64,000 nucleotides of DNA from a virus (IMGVR_UViG_3300029305_005484), one strand, 5' to 3'. Counted from the stretch's first letter, positions 50,118 through 60,367 are shown. The notes: generated from the sequence alone by a model not told the origin. Numbers and translations are program-made.

Positions 50118-50618
50118 TCACTCTTCTTTTTTAGCAATTCCAATAATTGTATTGGTAGTACTATCAAGTACTCTAATTCCTACTGCAGGTAATCCTAACT
50201 TGATTGCACGATTGTATTCTTGTACAAGATAGATATATCCTGTATGATTATCAAGATAATCTGCATCATATTCTTTTGCATATTCATAAATATCAAATCC
50301 AGATTTTTTCTTTTCTTTAGAAGTGCTTAACTGTCCTACAGGGGTTGTTTTTTCATTCTTTTCAAGAATACTTTTTAATGTCCCAATAATATCAGATGCA
50401 AACGCTGAAGCAAATTTGACTTCTTCACAAACTTCCTTAAGAGGTTTATTTTCAACTACATATAAGTTATAAAACTTATTGTATTGACTATTTGTGTTGA
50501 TATCTTTAGGTTTAAATGGTGAGTTATTTAATAACTTAACTAACATATCATCAGAAACACCTAAAGACTCTTTCAATGTACCAGGAAATTCGTCTAATGC
50601 TCTTAATATCTTACTCAT
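50118..50618 (-). CDS. Hypothetical protein
   Basis: 166-aa ORF. Confidence 0.65.
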   Translation of the reverse strand: MSKILRALDEFPGTLKESLGVSDDMLVKLLNNSPFKPKDINTNSQYNKFYNLYVVENKPLKEVCEEVKFASAFASDIIGTLKSILEKNEKTTPVGQLSTSKEKKKSGFDIYEYAKEYDADYLDNHTGYIYLVQEYNRAIKLGLPAVGIRVLDSTTNTIIGIAKKEE

Positions 50619-50850
50619 ACTAATACCTTTTGGCTCTTGATATTATCTCCACCTATATAATATTTTTTGTTGACGATTATTTTTATTACGTCACACTATG
50701 AAGTTTTTATATGTGTAGATGTTTAATTTCTACTCATATTCATAAAAAATATTATATCATTATTTAATTTAAATTTACTAAGTAAAATTTAATTTATTCA
50801 TTCAGAAATATATTATTTCTTTGAATAAATTAAAAAGGAGATTTAATATT

Positions 50851-51156
50851 ATGGGTAAGAAAAACAAGAAAAAACATCAATATTCTGATGAAAATGAAAT
50901 TCTTAATTATATTAAGAAAAGTAAGTTAACAGAAATGGCAGACCAGATTGAGGAGTTTGTTGAATTTACAGATAAGTTTTTATTTATCGAAGGTGTCACA
51001 GATGAAGAATATAAAAAAATCATGAAGCATATAAGAAAAGCAGTAAAAAGACTTCGTAAAGGTGAAGAACTTGAAAAAGTATTTGATGTTGAAAAGATTG
51101 AAGAGTGTTATCAAGAAGATCCCTCATTCGCGGCAGAATATATGGAGATTGATTAG
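50851..51156 (+). CDS. Hypothetical protein
   Basis: Early motif 50808; RBS AGGAG. Confidence 0.7.
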   Translation: MGKKNKKKHQYSDENEILNYIKKSKLTEMADQIEEFVEFTDKFLFIEGVTDEEYKKIMKHIRKAVKRLRKGEELEKVFDVEKIEECYQEDPSFAAEYMEID

Positions 51157-51158
51157 AT

Positions 51159-51605
51159 ATGAAGTATTATCTTATATATCTTAAACCTAATACAGAACTT
51201 TATGGATTCACATCAGAAAAGGATTATTTTGAAACATTTATGCTTCAAAGGAACTCAGAAAAGTTTTTAGTAAAAAAAGAAAAAATAACTGGTGAAGAAG
51301 AAAAAAGATTTCTTTATTTAAATCATAATAAAATGATTAAACCATATCCTTATCAACATAATACAGGTGATAAAGAGTATACTATGTTAATGGCTACTGC
51401 TGATGAAGATAATAGACTAGATATGGAAGTTGAAAAAATGAATACTATGGTTGTTGATATAGAATGTATGAGAAATGCTATTCCATTTAAAGATAAATAT
51501 GAATTATCTATTGATAATCTTACTGATATTTATGATGAGAATGGTCATATATTAATAGATTCTTTATCATTATTTATTGATTTAAATAAAGAAACTTTTA
51601 TTTGA
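51159..51605 (+). CDS. Hypothetical protein
   Basis: ORF coupled to the upstream gene. Confidence 0.7.
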   Translation: MKYYLIYLKPNTELYGFTSEKDYFETFMLQRNSEKFLVKKEKITGEEEKRFLYLNHNKMIKPYPYQHNTGDKEYTMLMATADEDNRLDMEVEKMNTMVVDIECMRNAIPFKDKYELSIDNLTDIYDENGHILIDSLSLFIDLNKETFI

Positions 51606-51658
51606 TTATATATATATATTGAAAATAAAGTTCTAAACCACACTCAATTAAGTAAATT

Positions 51659-53782
51659 ATGAAAGGACTAGAGAATATGAGCAGTACAGAAACATCTTAT
51701 CCTATTCCTGAAATTAATTCAGTGGATGATTTAAGAGAATTAACTCAAAAATGTTATACTTTAGAGTATTTCATGGCAACTGAAGAAATCTATGAAGATT
51801 TCTTTGAAAAGATGTATGCTATGATTAAAGGATGTATTGAAAAGAAGGATTGCAGAGAGTATCCTATTACATTCAAATTTTATAAAGATGATGAAAAGAC
51901 TTACACAATGCAATTAAGACATTTTATTGTAAATCTTATTTTACTAGAACCTTTCGTTCATGTAAATACTATTAAGTTTTTGAATGAACGTTATGTAATG
52001 GACTTTGATAAGTTCATGTTAGTTCCTGAGTACGATTTAGATTATTGGATTAATAATAGAATCATTATAGTACTCAGAAATTTCAATGTAAGAGGAATTA
52101 CGATTAATAAATCAATTTCAAAACTTTGTAATAGATTGAGAAATATTTCATTAGATTTCTCGTTAATTATGAATCTTAATTTCTCATATTTCACATTTAC
52201 AGAGATGTATCAGAACAACCCTAGAATTAGAGAAATTATGGAATGTAAATTCGATGATTCTATGCAGCCAAATGATATTGAAGATATGATTGATAAACTT
52301 CTTAAGGAAGAAGTTGATATTTATAAGAATACACCTAATAATCCAATAGGTACAATTCTTAAATCACAAGCAGGTATCAAGATTAAACAGTTTGGTGAAT
52401 TTACAGTTGCACAAGGATTAAAACCTAGCCTTGATGGTGTTATTATGCCTATAGCAATTGAAAATTCCACATTGCTTGGTGGTCTTGATAGACCTTCGTA
52501 TAAATATATTGATGCGGCTGCAGCAAGAAAATCTCTTATTCTAAATAAGACAGTTATGGGTGTTGCTGGTAACTTTGGTAAGTTAACTCTTCAATTAGCA
52601 AAGACGTTGACATTATCAAAAACTGTTACTGATTGTGATACAAAGCATCTTATTACTATACATATTAAAGATAAAAAGATGCTTAAGAAATTCAATAATC
52701 GTTATTATCGTATGGATGAAAATGATGAATTGAAATTATTAGATGCTGAAACAGATACACATCTAATTGGAAAAACTGTACAGTTCCGTTCACCAGTTAC
52801 ATGTGCACTTGGGGATCAAGTATGTGCTAAGTGCTTTGGTAGAACTGCAGGTCTTAACTATGACATTGCAGATGGTGTTGCTGGTTTTGAATCAGAAGAA
52901 ATCACAAAGGAACTTGAACAGAATGTATTATCTTCAAAACATCTTCTTACAACTAAGTCAGAAGTTCTCAAATTTAATGATGCTTTTGATAAGTATTTTA
53001 CATTAAGTTCTGGAGAAGTATATCCAATAGTTGAAGAGAATGATGCTGTTGAAGAGATTAATGACTATGCGATTTATATTAATCCAAGTACTATAGAGAA
53101 AGTAGATTCAATGGATGATGAATCAAGTTATAATACATTTATTACTGGTGGAGAATTCTTTGTAGTTAATTTAGAAACTGGTGAAAGAGAATCTATCAAA
53201 CTTGAAAATGAAGATAAAGAAATCTTTATCTGTGATGAAACTATCGAAATCATGAGAAAAGGAAGAGGATATATCAAGTTCAAAGATTTATCAGACGATA
53301 TAAAGATATTTGAAATGAATATCTTAAACAATGAGCTTACAAAACCTCTTTATGATATGATGGCTTTATTAAACAGAAATAGAAAAGAGGGTGAACCTCA
53401 AACTGTAGATGAAGTAACTCAAAGATTCATTGAACTTCATGTTATCTCAGGAATTAAAGCATCAAGTTTAGCAGGTGAATGTATTATTAATAGATTAGTA
53501 AGGTCTAATATTAATACATATGAAAGACCGGACTTCACACAAACTAATCTTGAACCATATACAATCATCACCATTAGAAAAGCACTTGAAGATAATAAAT
53601 CTCCAGGTCTTGGATTATCAGTTCAATATTTGAAACGTCAGTTATTAAGTGATGAAATTATCACTGAAAGATCTGGAACTTCATATATTGACCCATTGCT
53701 ACAAGCAAAGGTTCCTAACTTAAGTGAAATTTATGGAACTGGAAATATTGGTACAAGAAGAGTACCTAAAGAAGTAGAATAA
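51659..53782 (+). CDS. Phage RNA polymerase beta' C-terminal subunit
   Basis: Bridge-helix-like ARKSLILNK...AGNFGK, DCDT, Zn site RSPVTC...VCAKCFG, trigger-loop-like EQNVLSSKH. Confidence 0.88.
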   Translation: MKGLENMSSTETSYPIPEINSVDDLRELTQKCYTLEYFMATEEIYEDFFEKMYAMIKGCIEKKDCREYPITFKFYKDDEKTYTMQLRHFIVNLILLEPFVHVNTIKFLNERYVMDFDKFMLVPEYDLDYWINNRIIIVLRNFNVRGITINKSISKLCNRLRNISLDFSLIMNLNFSYFTFTEMYQNNPRIREIMECKFDDSMQPNDIEDMIDKLLKEEVDIYKNTPNNPIGTILKSQAGIKIKQFGEFTVAQGLKPSLDGVIMPIAIENSTLLGGLDRPSYKYIDAAAARKSLILNKTVMGVAGNFGKLTLQLAKTLTLSKTVTDCDTKHLITIHIKDKKMLKKFNNRYYRMDENDELKLLDAETDTHLIGKTVQFRSPVTCALGDQVCAKCFGRTAGLNYDIADGVAGFESEEITKELEQNVLSSKHLLTTKSEVLKFNDAFDKYFTLSSGEVYPIVEENDAVEEINDYAIYINPSTIEKVDSMDDESSYNTFITGGEFFVVNLETGERESIKLENEDKEIFICDETIEIMRKGRGYIKFKDLSDDIKIFEMNILNNELTKPLYDMMALLNRNRKEGEPQTVDEVTQRFIELHVISGIKASSLAGECIINRLVRSNINTYERPDFTQTNLEPYTIITIRKALEDNKSPGLGLSVQYLKRQLLSDEIITERSGTSYIDPLLQAKVPNLSEIYGTGNIGTRRVPKEVE

Positions 53783-53842
53783 TTGAATTCGGATGGGTTT
53801 ATTACTCATCCGAATTTATTTTTCTTATTTTGGAGGTTAAAA

Positions 53843-55165
53843 ATGAAAACTAAATTTACTTATATAAAAGAAGCAATAATAAATACTATGAAAAAAAGAG
53901 ATGTACTATTTCAAGTATTATCATCTCATTGGGCAAGTATTGTAACTTCAACTATTATTGGTACATTTGATGTTGATACAATTTATTTTATATCTTGTAT
54001 CATTCCATTGATTCTATTACTGATAAATATATGCATATCATATAATGTAATAAAGAATGATGCTAAGAATAAAAATAATGGAAAGTTAAAGAATGGAACA
54101 TATATAACATTCGATGAAATTGGGTTTTCATCATCACGGATTCATTCAAAAGTAAAAGAAAACAATGATCAAAAATTATTCTATCTTATGGCTATTGATT
54201 TATTACCATATTTTACACATGAAGAAATTCATGCTATTCATAGGGATTTTATGAAAGTAATAGCAGGATTATTTTATGAAAGACCTGTAGATATTGCAAC
54301 TTTCAAAAAATTTAATTTATTCTTAGCTCAATTTTCTGATTTTAAAAATAAAAGAATTTCAGATTATAGAAAACGTGATTTAGAATTTGAAAAATGTTCT
54401 GGATTGACTGGTTGGATCAATAAATGTATTTATGAAGTTGGGTCAGCACCTTCTATAATGGCTGATATAATATTCTTTTCATTTTATGATGAAATTAAAT
54501 CAATATTTTCAGATGATAATAAATATATAACGGATAATACCAAATATAATTATTTCAAACATCTGTTTATGAAAACAAATGATGAAATTACAAGAAATGT
54601 TATAAAAGAAGCATATACAAGAGTTTGCTGGTCGTCATATGGAAAAATTGAAAAATATATAAAGAATGGATTGGATTTTATTGAAGAGTTGACTGTTCTT
54701 ATCCATCCAGATATACCATATATATACACTAATATTCATGGTAATGGTAAAAAAGAATTTTATACAGCATCAAAATTTTATAATCATTTAATAAATGATA
54801 ATGAGCAATGGTATACTATAGCTGATAAAGATTCACATGTTAAATCAATGGAAGCATCATTTGAATGTAGTAAAGAGATATTATTCCCTATAACAAAAGA
54901 ACCTAATAAAATTACTGATCCTGATGGAGAACTTTTAAAATATGATTTTAAAAGTGAAATTGGTTGTCGAATGACTGATAAGAAATTTTACTTTGATGAT
55001 TCATATTCTATTGATGTTACTGATGTTAATAAAATAGCTATGTTTATTCTTGATAATGAGTATGCTGAAGTATTACCTACTAAGATTTTATTTTATATTG
55101 CAGCATATACTTACGTATGTAAACAATTCAGAGATATGTTAATAGAATATTTTAGAGAGGTATAA
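53843..55165 (+). CDS. Hypothetical protein with N-terminal TM segment(s)
   Basis: RBS GGAGG; hydrophobic IYFISCIIPLILLLINICI. Confidence 0.7.
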   Translation: MKTKFTYIKEAIINTMKKRDVLFQVLSSHWASIVTSTIIGTFDVDTIYFISCIIPLILLLINICISYNVIKNDAKNKNNGKLKNGTYITFDEIGFSSSRIHSKVKENNDQKLFYLMAIDLLPYFTHEEIHAIHRDFMKVIAGLFYERPVDIATFKKFNLFLAQFSDFKNKRISDYRKRDLEFEKCSGLTGWINKCIYEVGSAPSIMADIIFFSFYDEIKSIFSDDNKYITDNTKYNYFKHLFMKTNDEITRNVIKEAYTRVCWSSYGKIEKYIKNGLDFIEELTVLIHPDIPYIYTNIHGNGKKEFYTASKFYNHLINDNEQWYTIADKDSHVKSMEASFECSKEILFPITKEPNKITDPDGELLKYDFKSEIGCRMTDKKFYFDDSYSIDVTDVNKIAMFILDNEYAEVLPTKILFYIAAYTYVCKQFRDMLIEYFREV

Positions 55166-55168
55166 AAA

Positions 55169-56308
55169 ATGAATATTAATGTCAATAAATACAAAAATGA
55201 ATTTAGTGAAATTAAAAGTATTATAAAGGATATAGAAGACTCTAATGAATTATTTACAGCTCTTAGAGAATATCCTTCAATTCATCATAAAAACTTTTGT
55301 GGTAATTTTATATCCTTTCTAATACCAATATTTAAACCTTATGAATATAAATATTCTTTAAAAGAGGTTATACAAATAACTGGAATTAAAAATTCAGTAC
55401 TATATCCTCTTGATATTCGTGATCATATGGTAGATGGTTGTAAATTTGATAAAGTACTTGTTAAAAAATCATTTTTAAATGCTTTGGGTTTATTAGATAA
55501 ACATACAGAAATAGTACAGAGTGATATTGGTGATTATTTAATGAAAACTTTACCATTTAACCAATGGACAACTAATTTTATACTATACACATTTTCTGAT
55601 ACATTAGAATATAATGATTCCAATACATCTACAGATTATGAATTATATAATTTTTATGGGAAAACAAATGAAGAAATTTATAAATATATTTTAAATTTCT
55701 TCGATAATACAAATTACAAAAAGATTGATCAATTGAATAGATTGTATGAATTAAATACATCAATTGATCTAGATAGAGTCAATACTTCTATAGAGATGAT
55801 ATTGAAAGATCTTGACTTTCTTATATTCTATATATGTAATAATACTACACTAATGATTACAGATCCTGTATATATTTTTGAAGATAGTTTTACAGGATTA
55901 TATGATTTATATAAATCATATATGAATACACATGAAAATCTAATTTTAAGTAATTCAGATGTCTTTAAAAAACCATTCTTTAATATGAATAATAGATGTG
56001 TTGTTAGAGAAAAAACTGAGAGAAGCTCTAAAGATTTATGGACAGATGATATTAAATTTAAAATATCACTATCAAATATAAATATTTACGATTTAAATAT
56101 TTATAAATCATATCTTCAAAATTTCACAGGACGTAAATATGTAGAAGCTATTGATTGTCGCATAGTTTTCTCAGTAGTTATTTTTACACACTTCTATTAT
56201 ATGGGGTTAAAATTATTAGAAAAACTCTACAATGATAAAGATATTATTGGTAAAATCAAATTTAATTCAATGGATATCAATAGTATATATGAAAGATTAA
56301 TAGATTAA
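55169..56308 (+). CDS. Hypothetical protein
   Basis: 379-aa ORF. Confidence 0.7.
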   Translation: MNINVNKYKNEFSEIKSIIKDIEDSNELFTALREYPSIHHKNFCGNFISFLIPIFKPYEYKYSLKEVIQITGIKNSVLYPLDIRDHMVDGCKFDKVLVKKSFLNALGLLDKHTEIVQSDIGDYLMKTLPFNQWTTNFILYTFSDTLEYNDSNTSTDYELYNFYGKTNEEIYKYILNFFDNTNYKKIDQLNRLYELNTSIDLDRVNTSIEMILKDLDFLIFYICNNTTLMITDPVYIFEDSFTGLYDLYKSYMNTHENLILSNSDVFKKPFFNMNNRCVVREKTERSSKDLWTDDIKFKISLSNINIYDLNIYKSYLQNFTGRKYVEAIDCRIVFSVVIFTHFYYMGLKLLEKLYNDKDIIGKIKFNSMDINSIYERLID

Positions 56309-56395
56309 AGAAAAGGTGTAAAAACCTTTTCTTTTTTTATATTTAAAATAATCAAAATAACAAAAAAATAAAGGAGATTATTAAATCCCTTTAAA

Positions 56396-56566
56396 TCAAA
56401 TACCATAGGTCTTTTTATATGATTGACCTAGATAATTGATTGTATTGGTGAGTTTATTAGAATTATATCCAAATAGTTCCATTGTACTGAAATCTATTTC
56501 GGAGTGTGAATGATACAAATCTTCACTTTTTCTGATAAACTCAGAGTTTTTGTTATTATCTATCAT
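56396..56566 (-). CDS. 56-aa protein, paralog of 14844-15032 (not in ORF track)
   Basis: MIDNNKNSEFIRKSEDLYHSHSEIDFSTMELFGYNSNKLTNTINYLGQSYKKTYGI*; RBS GAGG. Confidence 0.7.
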   Translation of the reverse strand: MIDNNKNSEFIRKSEDLYHSHSEIDFSTMELFGYNSNKLTNTINYLGQSYKKTYGI

Positions 56567-56698
56567 AACATTTCACCTCGCCTTCTTTTATATTTAGATA
56601 GGCAAATTCCATTTATTCTTAATCATATTATCTATATAATAATATATCAATAATTTTCCTATATTTTTACTATATTATTTACAAGTGAAGAGAGAGGG

Positions 56699-56780
56699 GA
56701 ACCAATTTTGTTAAGTTAACTTTCTCTAGTTATCGAGATTTTCCTTAGATTACAGAAAACTTACTTAACAAAACTGCAAC
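56699..56780 (+). repeat. 82-bp repeat, copy R9
   Basis: Identical to R3. Confidence 0.97.
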
Positions 56781-57140
56781 CAACAAGAATTATTAGATAA
56801 TTATTTACCTTATTATGCATATAATCCCCATAATGATCCTAATAGAAATAATAATAATGAACATGGGATATGTAAAATTGGTAAGGTTGTATTTTCATAT
56901 GGAACATCTCAAACATTAGGTTGGGAATTTGATAGTGTTTTAAATGGATATACACGTGAAATAATATTTGAATATCCTTTTACAATTGAACCTGCAGTTT
57001 TTTGCTCAGCATATTATCCATCAGGTTCTCCAGCTAAAACATCAATTTTATATAAAAATAATTCAAAGATTAAGTTATACTGCTCATCTGGTGTACAAGG
57101 ATTATGGGTATATTGGTTAGCTATGTCATTTGCAGAGTAA
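56769..57140 (+). CDS. Cassette C9: start-less gp53-like tip module (123 aa), missed by ORF track
   Basis: QNCNQQELLDNY...GICKIGKVVFSYG...IIFEYPFTIEPAVF...VYWLAMSFAE*. Confidence 0.85.
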   Translation, partial: QNCNQQELLDNYLPYYAYNPHNDPNRNNNNEHGICKIGKVVFSYGTSQTLGWEFDSVLNGYTREIIFEYPFTIEPAVFCSAYYPSGSPAKTSILYKNNSKIKLYCSSGVQGLWVYWLAMSFAE

Positions 57141-57192
57141 TTTTAGAAAAAATCAAACAAAATATTAATATATGAAAATGAGGTGTATTAAT

Positions 57193-57837
57193 ATGAAATA
57201 TAATGAATTACTTTTTGAAGTTTTTGAGTATCAATGTGACAATACTGATTTAAAAGATGATAAGAAAATACCTAATTGGGTAAAAGCTTGTGGTATTGGT
57301 GCTCTGATTACAGCTTTTATGGGATTTGGTAAACTTATAATCAAAAATAAAAAGGCGTTTGAAAAAGAATTACAACGTCTTAAAAATAACGCTGAATTAG
57401 CGAAACAAGATGCAAAAATGACAGGTATTGACGAACTATCCGATTATTCTCAAGAGTATTTTGAAGTTTGTTTAAAATATAATGAAGGAATTTTAAAACT
57501 TAAAAAAGATGTAAATAAAGGCATTTTTAAACCTTCTGACTTGAAAGACAGAGTTAAAGATTTATATAAACAAATCGATGATATTGAACGAGCAAATTCT
57601 AAAATGATTTCAATATTTAAAAAATATAAAGATTATATTGGATTTTCTGATAATGATTTAGATATGCTTGAAAAAGGTATGGCTGATGAAAAAGAAGAAT
57701 GTAAAAAAGAACTTGATAAGTTAAATGAGAAGATTTCTAAGGTTAAAAATATCAAACTTTCAGTTCATGAGGCATGTCATTCTGGTGAAATTACAGCAGA
57801 AGAAAGAGATTTGTTATTATCTACTATAGAAGAATAA
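57193..57837 (+). CDS. Probable virion protein
   Basis: Late motif 57156; C-terminal VHEACHSGEITAEERDLLL resembles segments of 46770-48047. Confidence 0.55.
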   Translation: MKYNELLFEVFEYQCDNTDLKDDKKIPNWVKACGIGALITAFMGFGKLIIKNKKAFEKELQRLKNNAELAKQDAKMTGIDELSDYSQEYFEVCLKYNEGILKLKKDVNKGIFKPSDLKDRVKDLYKQIDDIERANSKMISIFKKYKDYIGFSDNDLDMLEKGMADEKEECKKELDKLNEKISKVKNIKLSVHEACHSGEITAEERDLLLSTIEE

Positions 57838-57854
57838 AAGTATAAGATACTAGG

Positions 57855-58499
57855 TTATCCTAGTATCTTATCTTTATTTTCAACATAAAATGATTGAATT
57901 GATTTTTCAAGGCTTTCTAAATTATCTGAATTATAAGGTGTATATAATTCTTCTTGGTCTTTTTCGTAGAATACAACTGTTCCGTTTTCTAATGTTTTTC
58001 TCATATTAATAACTCTTTGGTTTGTAGAACCTACCCAATGATATTCTTTTAATGCTAATTTTTCTACATATTTACCATCACACAAAACATCAATATTAGA
58101 AAGAATCCATCTTAAACACATTGAGTTTGTAGAGTCATTAAAAGCTTTAATTCTGTCAAGTAAGTTATCAAGTGTAAATCCAGTATATAACCAGATAGTT
58201 TTACTTCTTCCAAATTTCTTTCTGAATTTTAGTATCAAATCACAAAGTTCATGTGTATAATAACATAAACCATCTCCACCTGTTAATGTAAGTCCATTAA
58301 CATGATCTTGTGATACATATCCAAATAATTCATCCATAGATTCTTCAGTAAATTCTAATCCATCATCTTTATCATGAGTTATAGGATTATGACAACCATA
58401 ACAATTATGATAGCATCCCGATACCCAAAGAAGAGTTCTTATACCTTCACCATTTTCGATATTATTAGCCTCGATATTGTGAAATTTCAAACTAATCAT
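57855..58499 (-). CDS. nrdG: Anaerobic ribonucleotide reductase activating radical-SAM protein
   Basis: NGEGIR...SGCYHNCYGCHNP, GLTLTGGD, IWLYTG, DVLCDGKY, GSTNQRVI. Confidence 0.93.
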   Translation of the reverse strand: MISLKFHNIEANNIENGEGIRTLLWVSGCYHNCYGCHNPITHDKDDGLEFTEESMDELFGYVSQDHVNGLTLTGGDGLCYYTHELCDLILKFRKKFGRSKTIWLYTGFTLDNLLDRIKAFNDSTNSMCLRWILSNIDVLCDGKYVEKLALKEYHWVGSTNQRVINMRKTLENGTVVFYEKDQEELYTPYNSDNLESLEKSIQSFYVENKDKILG

Positions 58500-58604
58500 C
58501 TCCTTTATTTTTATTAAAAATACGTTAATGAAATTATTATAATCAATAAATTATATATAAAAACATTTATCTAATATGATTCTTAAGAAAGGAAGGTAAC
58601 TTAT

Positions 58605-58931
58605 ATGGGAACCATTATTGGACGTCATTACACTCCTCAAGATGAAAATGGTAATCGTGATATAATTCACGTTGAAACACAAATAGATGCTGTTCTTGAT
58701 CCTGTAACTGGAGTACCTTTAAGAAAGCAATTAGAAAAGATCAAAGAGCAATTAGTTCCTGTAGATGTAGAAGCTAATAAGCCTGGATTTATAACTCCAG
58801 AATTGGTTAAGAAGTTAAGCGATATGGCTAGTAGTACATTTGTTTTAGATAGTGTTAAACCAACATTTGCAAGCGGAGGTTATTGGTTAAACATTTATGA
58901 CCCTTCAATGTCAACTACTGATACAGAGTAA
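58605..58931 (+). CDS. Small late protein, possibly tail-fibre associated
   Basis: Late motif 58562; precedes the fibre-like gene. Confidence 0.5.
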   Translation: MGTIIGRHYTPQDENGNRDIIHVETQIDAVLDPVTGVPLRKQLEKIKEQLVPVDVEANKPGFITPELVKKLSDMASSTFVLDSVKPTFASGGYWLNIYDPSMSTTDTE

Positions 58932-59032
58932 TTTTTCTGATAATGACTTCATTTAATTTATAAACATTAAATTAAATTGAAGTTAGAAAATAACTTAAAT
59001 TAATTTATAAAAAGAAAGTGAGGAAATTTATA

Positions 59033-59782
59033 ATGGCATCAAAAAATGTTGTTATTAAACGTAAAATCGGGAACGATATTTATGAATTACTTCCAAAGAC
59101 AAGTGGAGCACAGGTAGAAGTATCTTATGCTGGTACTGTTCAGACACTTGCAGCTGCATTATCAACGATCTACACAGATGTTAACTCTTGGAATACTTTC
59201 AAGGCTGATGTTGATTTCGCTGGTACAGATAGCGCACTTGATACATTGAGAGAACTTATCGATATGATTAGCAAAGAAGATGTTGCTACATCTATCGCTG
59301 GTGAACTTAAAGCTATCAAAGAAAACATTGATCAGGTTGAAGCTGATTTGGCTGAATTACAGCAAACAGTTGCTGATAACAAGACATCTGCTGACAACAA
59401 CTACAATGCAAATAAGGCTCTTATCGAAGGTCTTCGTACAGACGTAGATGCTAACACAGCTCAGGTTGCTCTTAACAAAGCTGCACATGAGAAAAACGCT
59501 ACAGATATCACTGCTGTTGGTGGAAGAGTTGATACTCTTGAAACAGATAACACAGCAAATAAAGCTGCAATCGCTAAGAATGCTGAAGATATCATTGCTG
59601 TTGGTGGAAGAGTTACTACTCTTGAAACAGATAATACAGACAATAAAGCTGCAATCGCTGAAAACGCAGCTGCTATCTCAAGAATCAATGATATCGCTGG
59701 TGCTCAGGCTCGTGTAATCGTAGCTGAGGAAGTTCCTGAAGATTTGTCAGAACATGACTTATTCATGCAAATCGTTGAGTAA
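59033..59782 (+). CDS. Coiled-coil fibre-like protein
   Basis: ALDTLRELID fibre motif; Asn/Ala-rich heptads; late motif 58963. Confidence 0.6.
   Translation: MASKNVVIKRKIGNDIYELLPKTSGAQVEVSYAGTVQTLAAALSTIYTDVNSWNTFKADVDFAGTDSALDTLRELIDMISKEDVATSIAGELKAIKENIDQVEADLAELQQTVADNKTSADNNYNANKALIEGLRTDVDANTAQVALNKAAHEKNATDITAVGGRVDTLETDNTANKAAIAKNAEDIIAVGGRVTTLETDNTDNKAAIAENAAAISRINDIAGAQARVIVAEEVPEDLSEHDLFMQIVE
59474..59668 (+). repeat. 84-bp (28-aa) coding tandem repeat, about 2.3 units
   Basis: NKAA-x-x-KNA-x-DI-x-AVGGRV-x-TLETDNT units at 59474, 59558, 59642. Confidence 0.85.
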
Positions 59783-59881
59783 TCTTGAATGATAACTCAT
59801 AAATTGACTTTATAATTCACATAGGTGGGGATGCTAATTAATTTTAGCATCCTCATTTATTTTTTAGAAAGGGTGTAAAAT

Positions 59882-60367
59882 ATGAAAAACATTTTATCTT
59901 ATTTGAAAAAAGAATCAATTCTATTTTTACTTGGAGGAATTTTATATTTCTTCATAGAAATACTTTATAGAGGATATTCACATTGGACGATGTGTATTGT
60001 AGGGGGACTTTGTTTCGTACTTATGGGACTTATAAATGAATTATTTACATTTGATATGTATATAGAAATTCAGGCTATAATATCTTCTATAATAATAACC
60101 ATTCTTGAATTTATTTCTGGGTATTTAATCAATATAGTTCTAAAATGGAATGTATGGGACTATAGTAACATGCCATTTAATATAATGGGTCAAGTATGTT
60201 TATTATTTACATTCATGTGGTTCTTTTTATCATTTGTAGGAATTGTTGTAGATGATTATATTAGATATATTGCATTTGATGAGGAGAAACCAAAATACAA
60301 ATCTTATTTATTATTAAAAATTAAAACATATTGTGAACTTAAAAGATTAAATTCTAAGTTGAAATAA
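59882..60367 (+). CDS. Multi-pass membrane protein (CmpB/DUF1113-like)
   Basis: GYSHWTM, LEFISG, WDYSNMPFNIMGQVCL. Confidence 0.75.
   Translation: MKNILSYLKKESILFLLGGILYFFIEILYRGYSHWTMCIVGGLCFVLMGLINELFTFDMYIEIQAIISSIIITILEFISGYLINIVLKWNVWDYSNMPFNIMGQVCLLFTFMWFFLSFVGIVVDDYIRYIAFDEEKPKYKSYLLLKIKTYCELKRLNSKLK

Noticed and set aside
257-56780. Classical invertible shufflon (gin/cin/rci type)
   Set aside because: All nine sites are in direct orientation and interleaved with essential genes; no invertase in the window.
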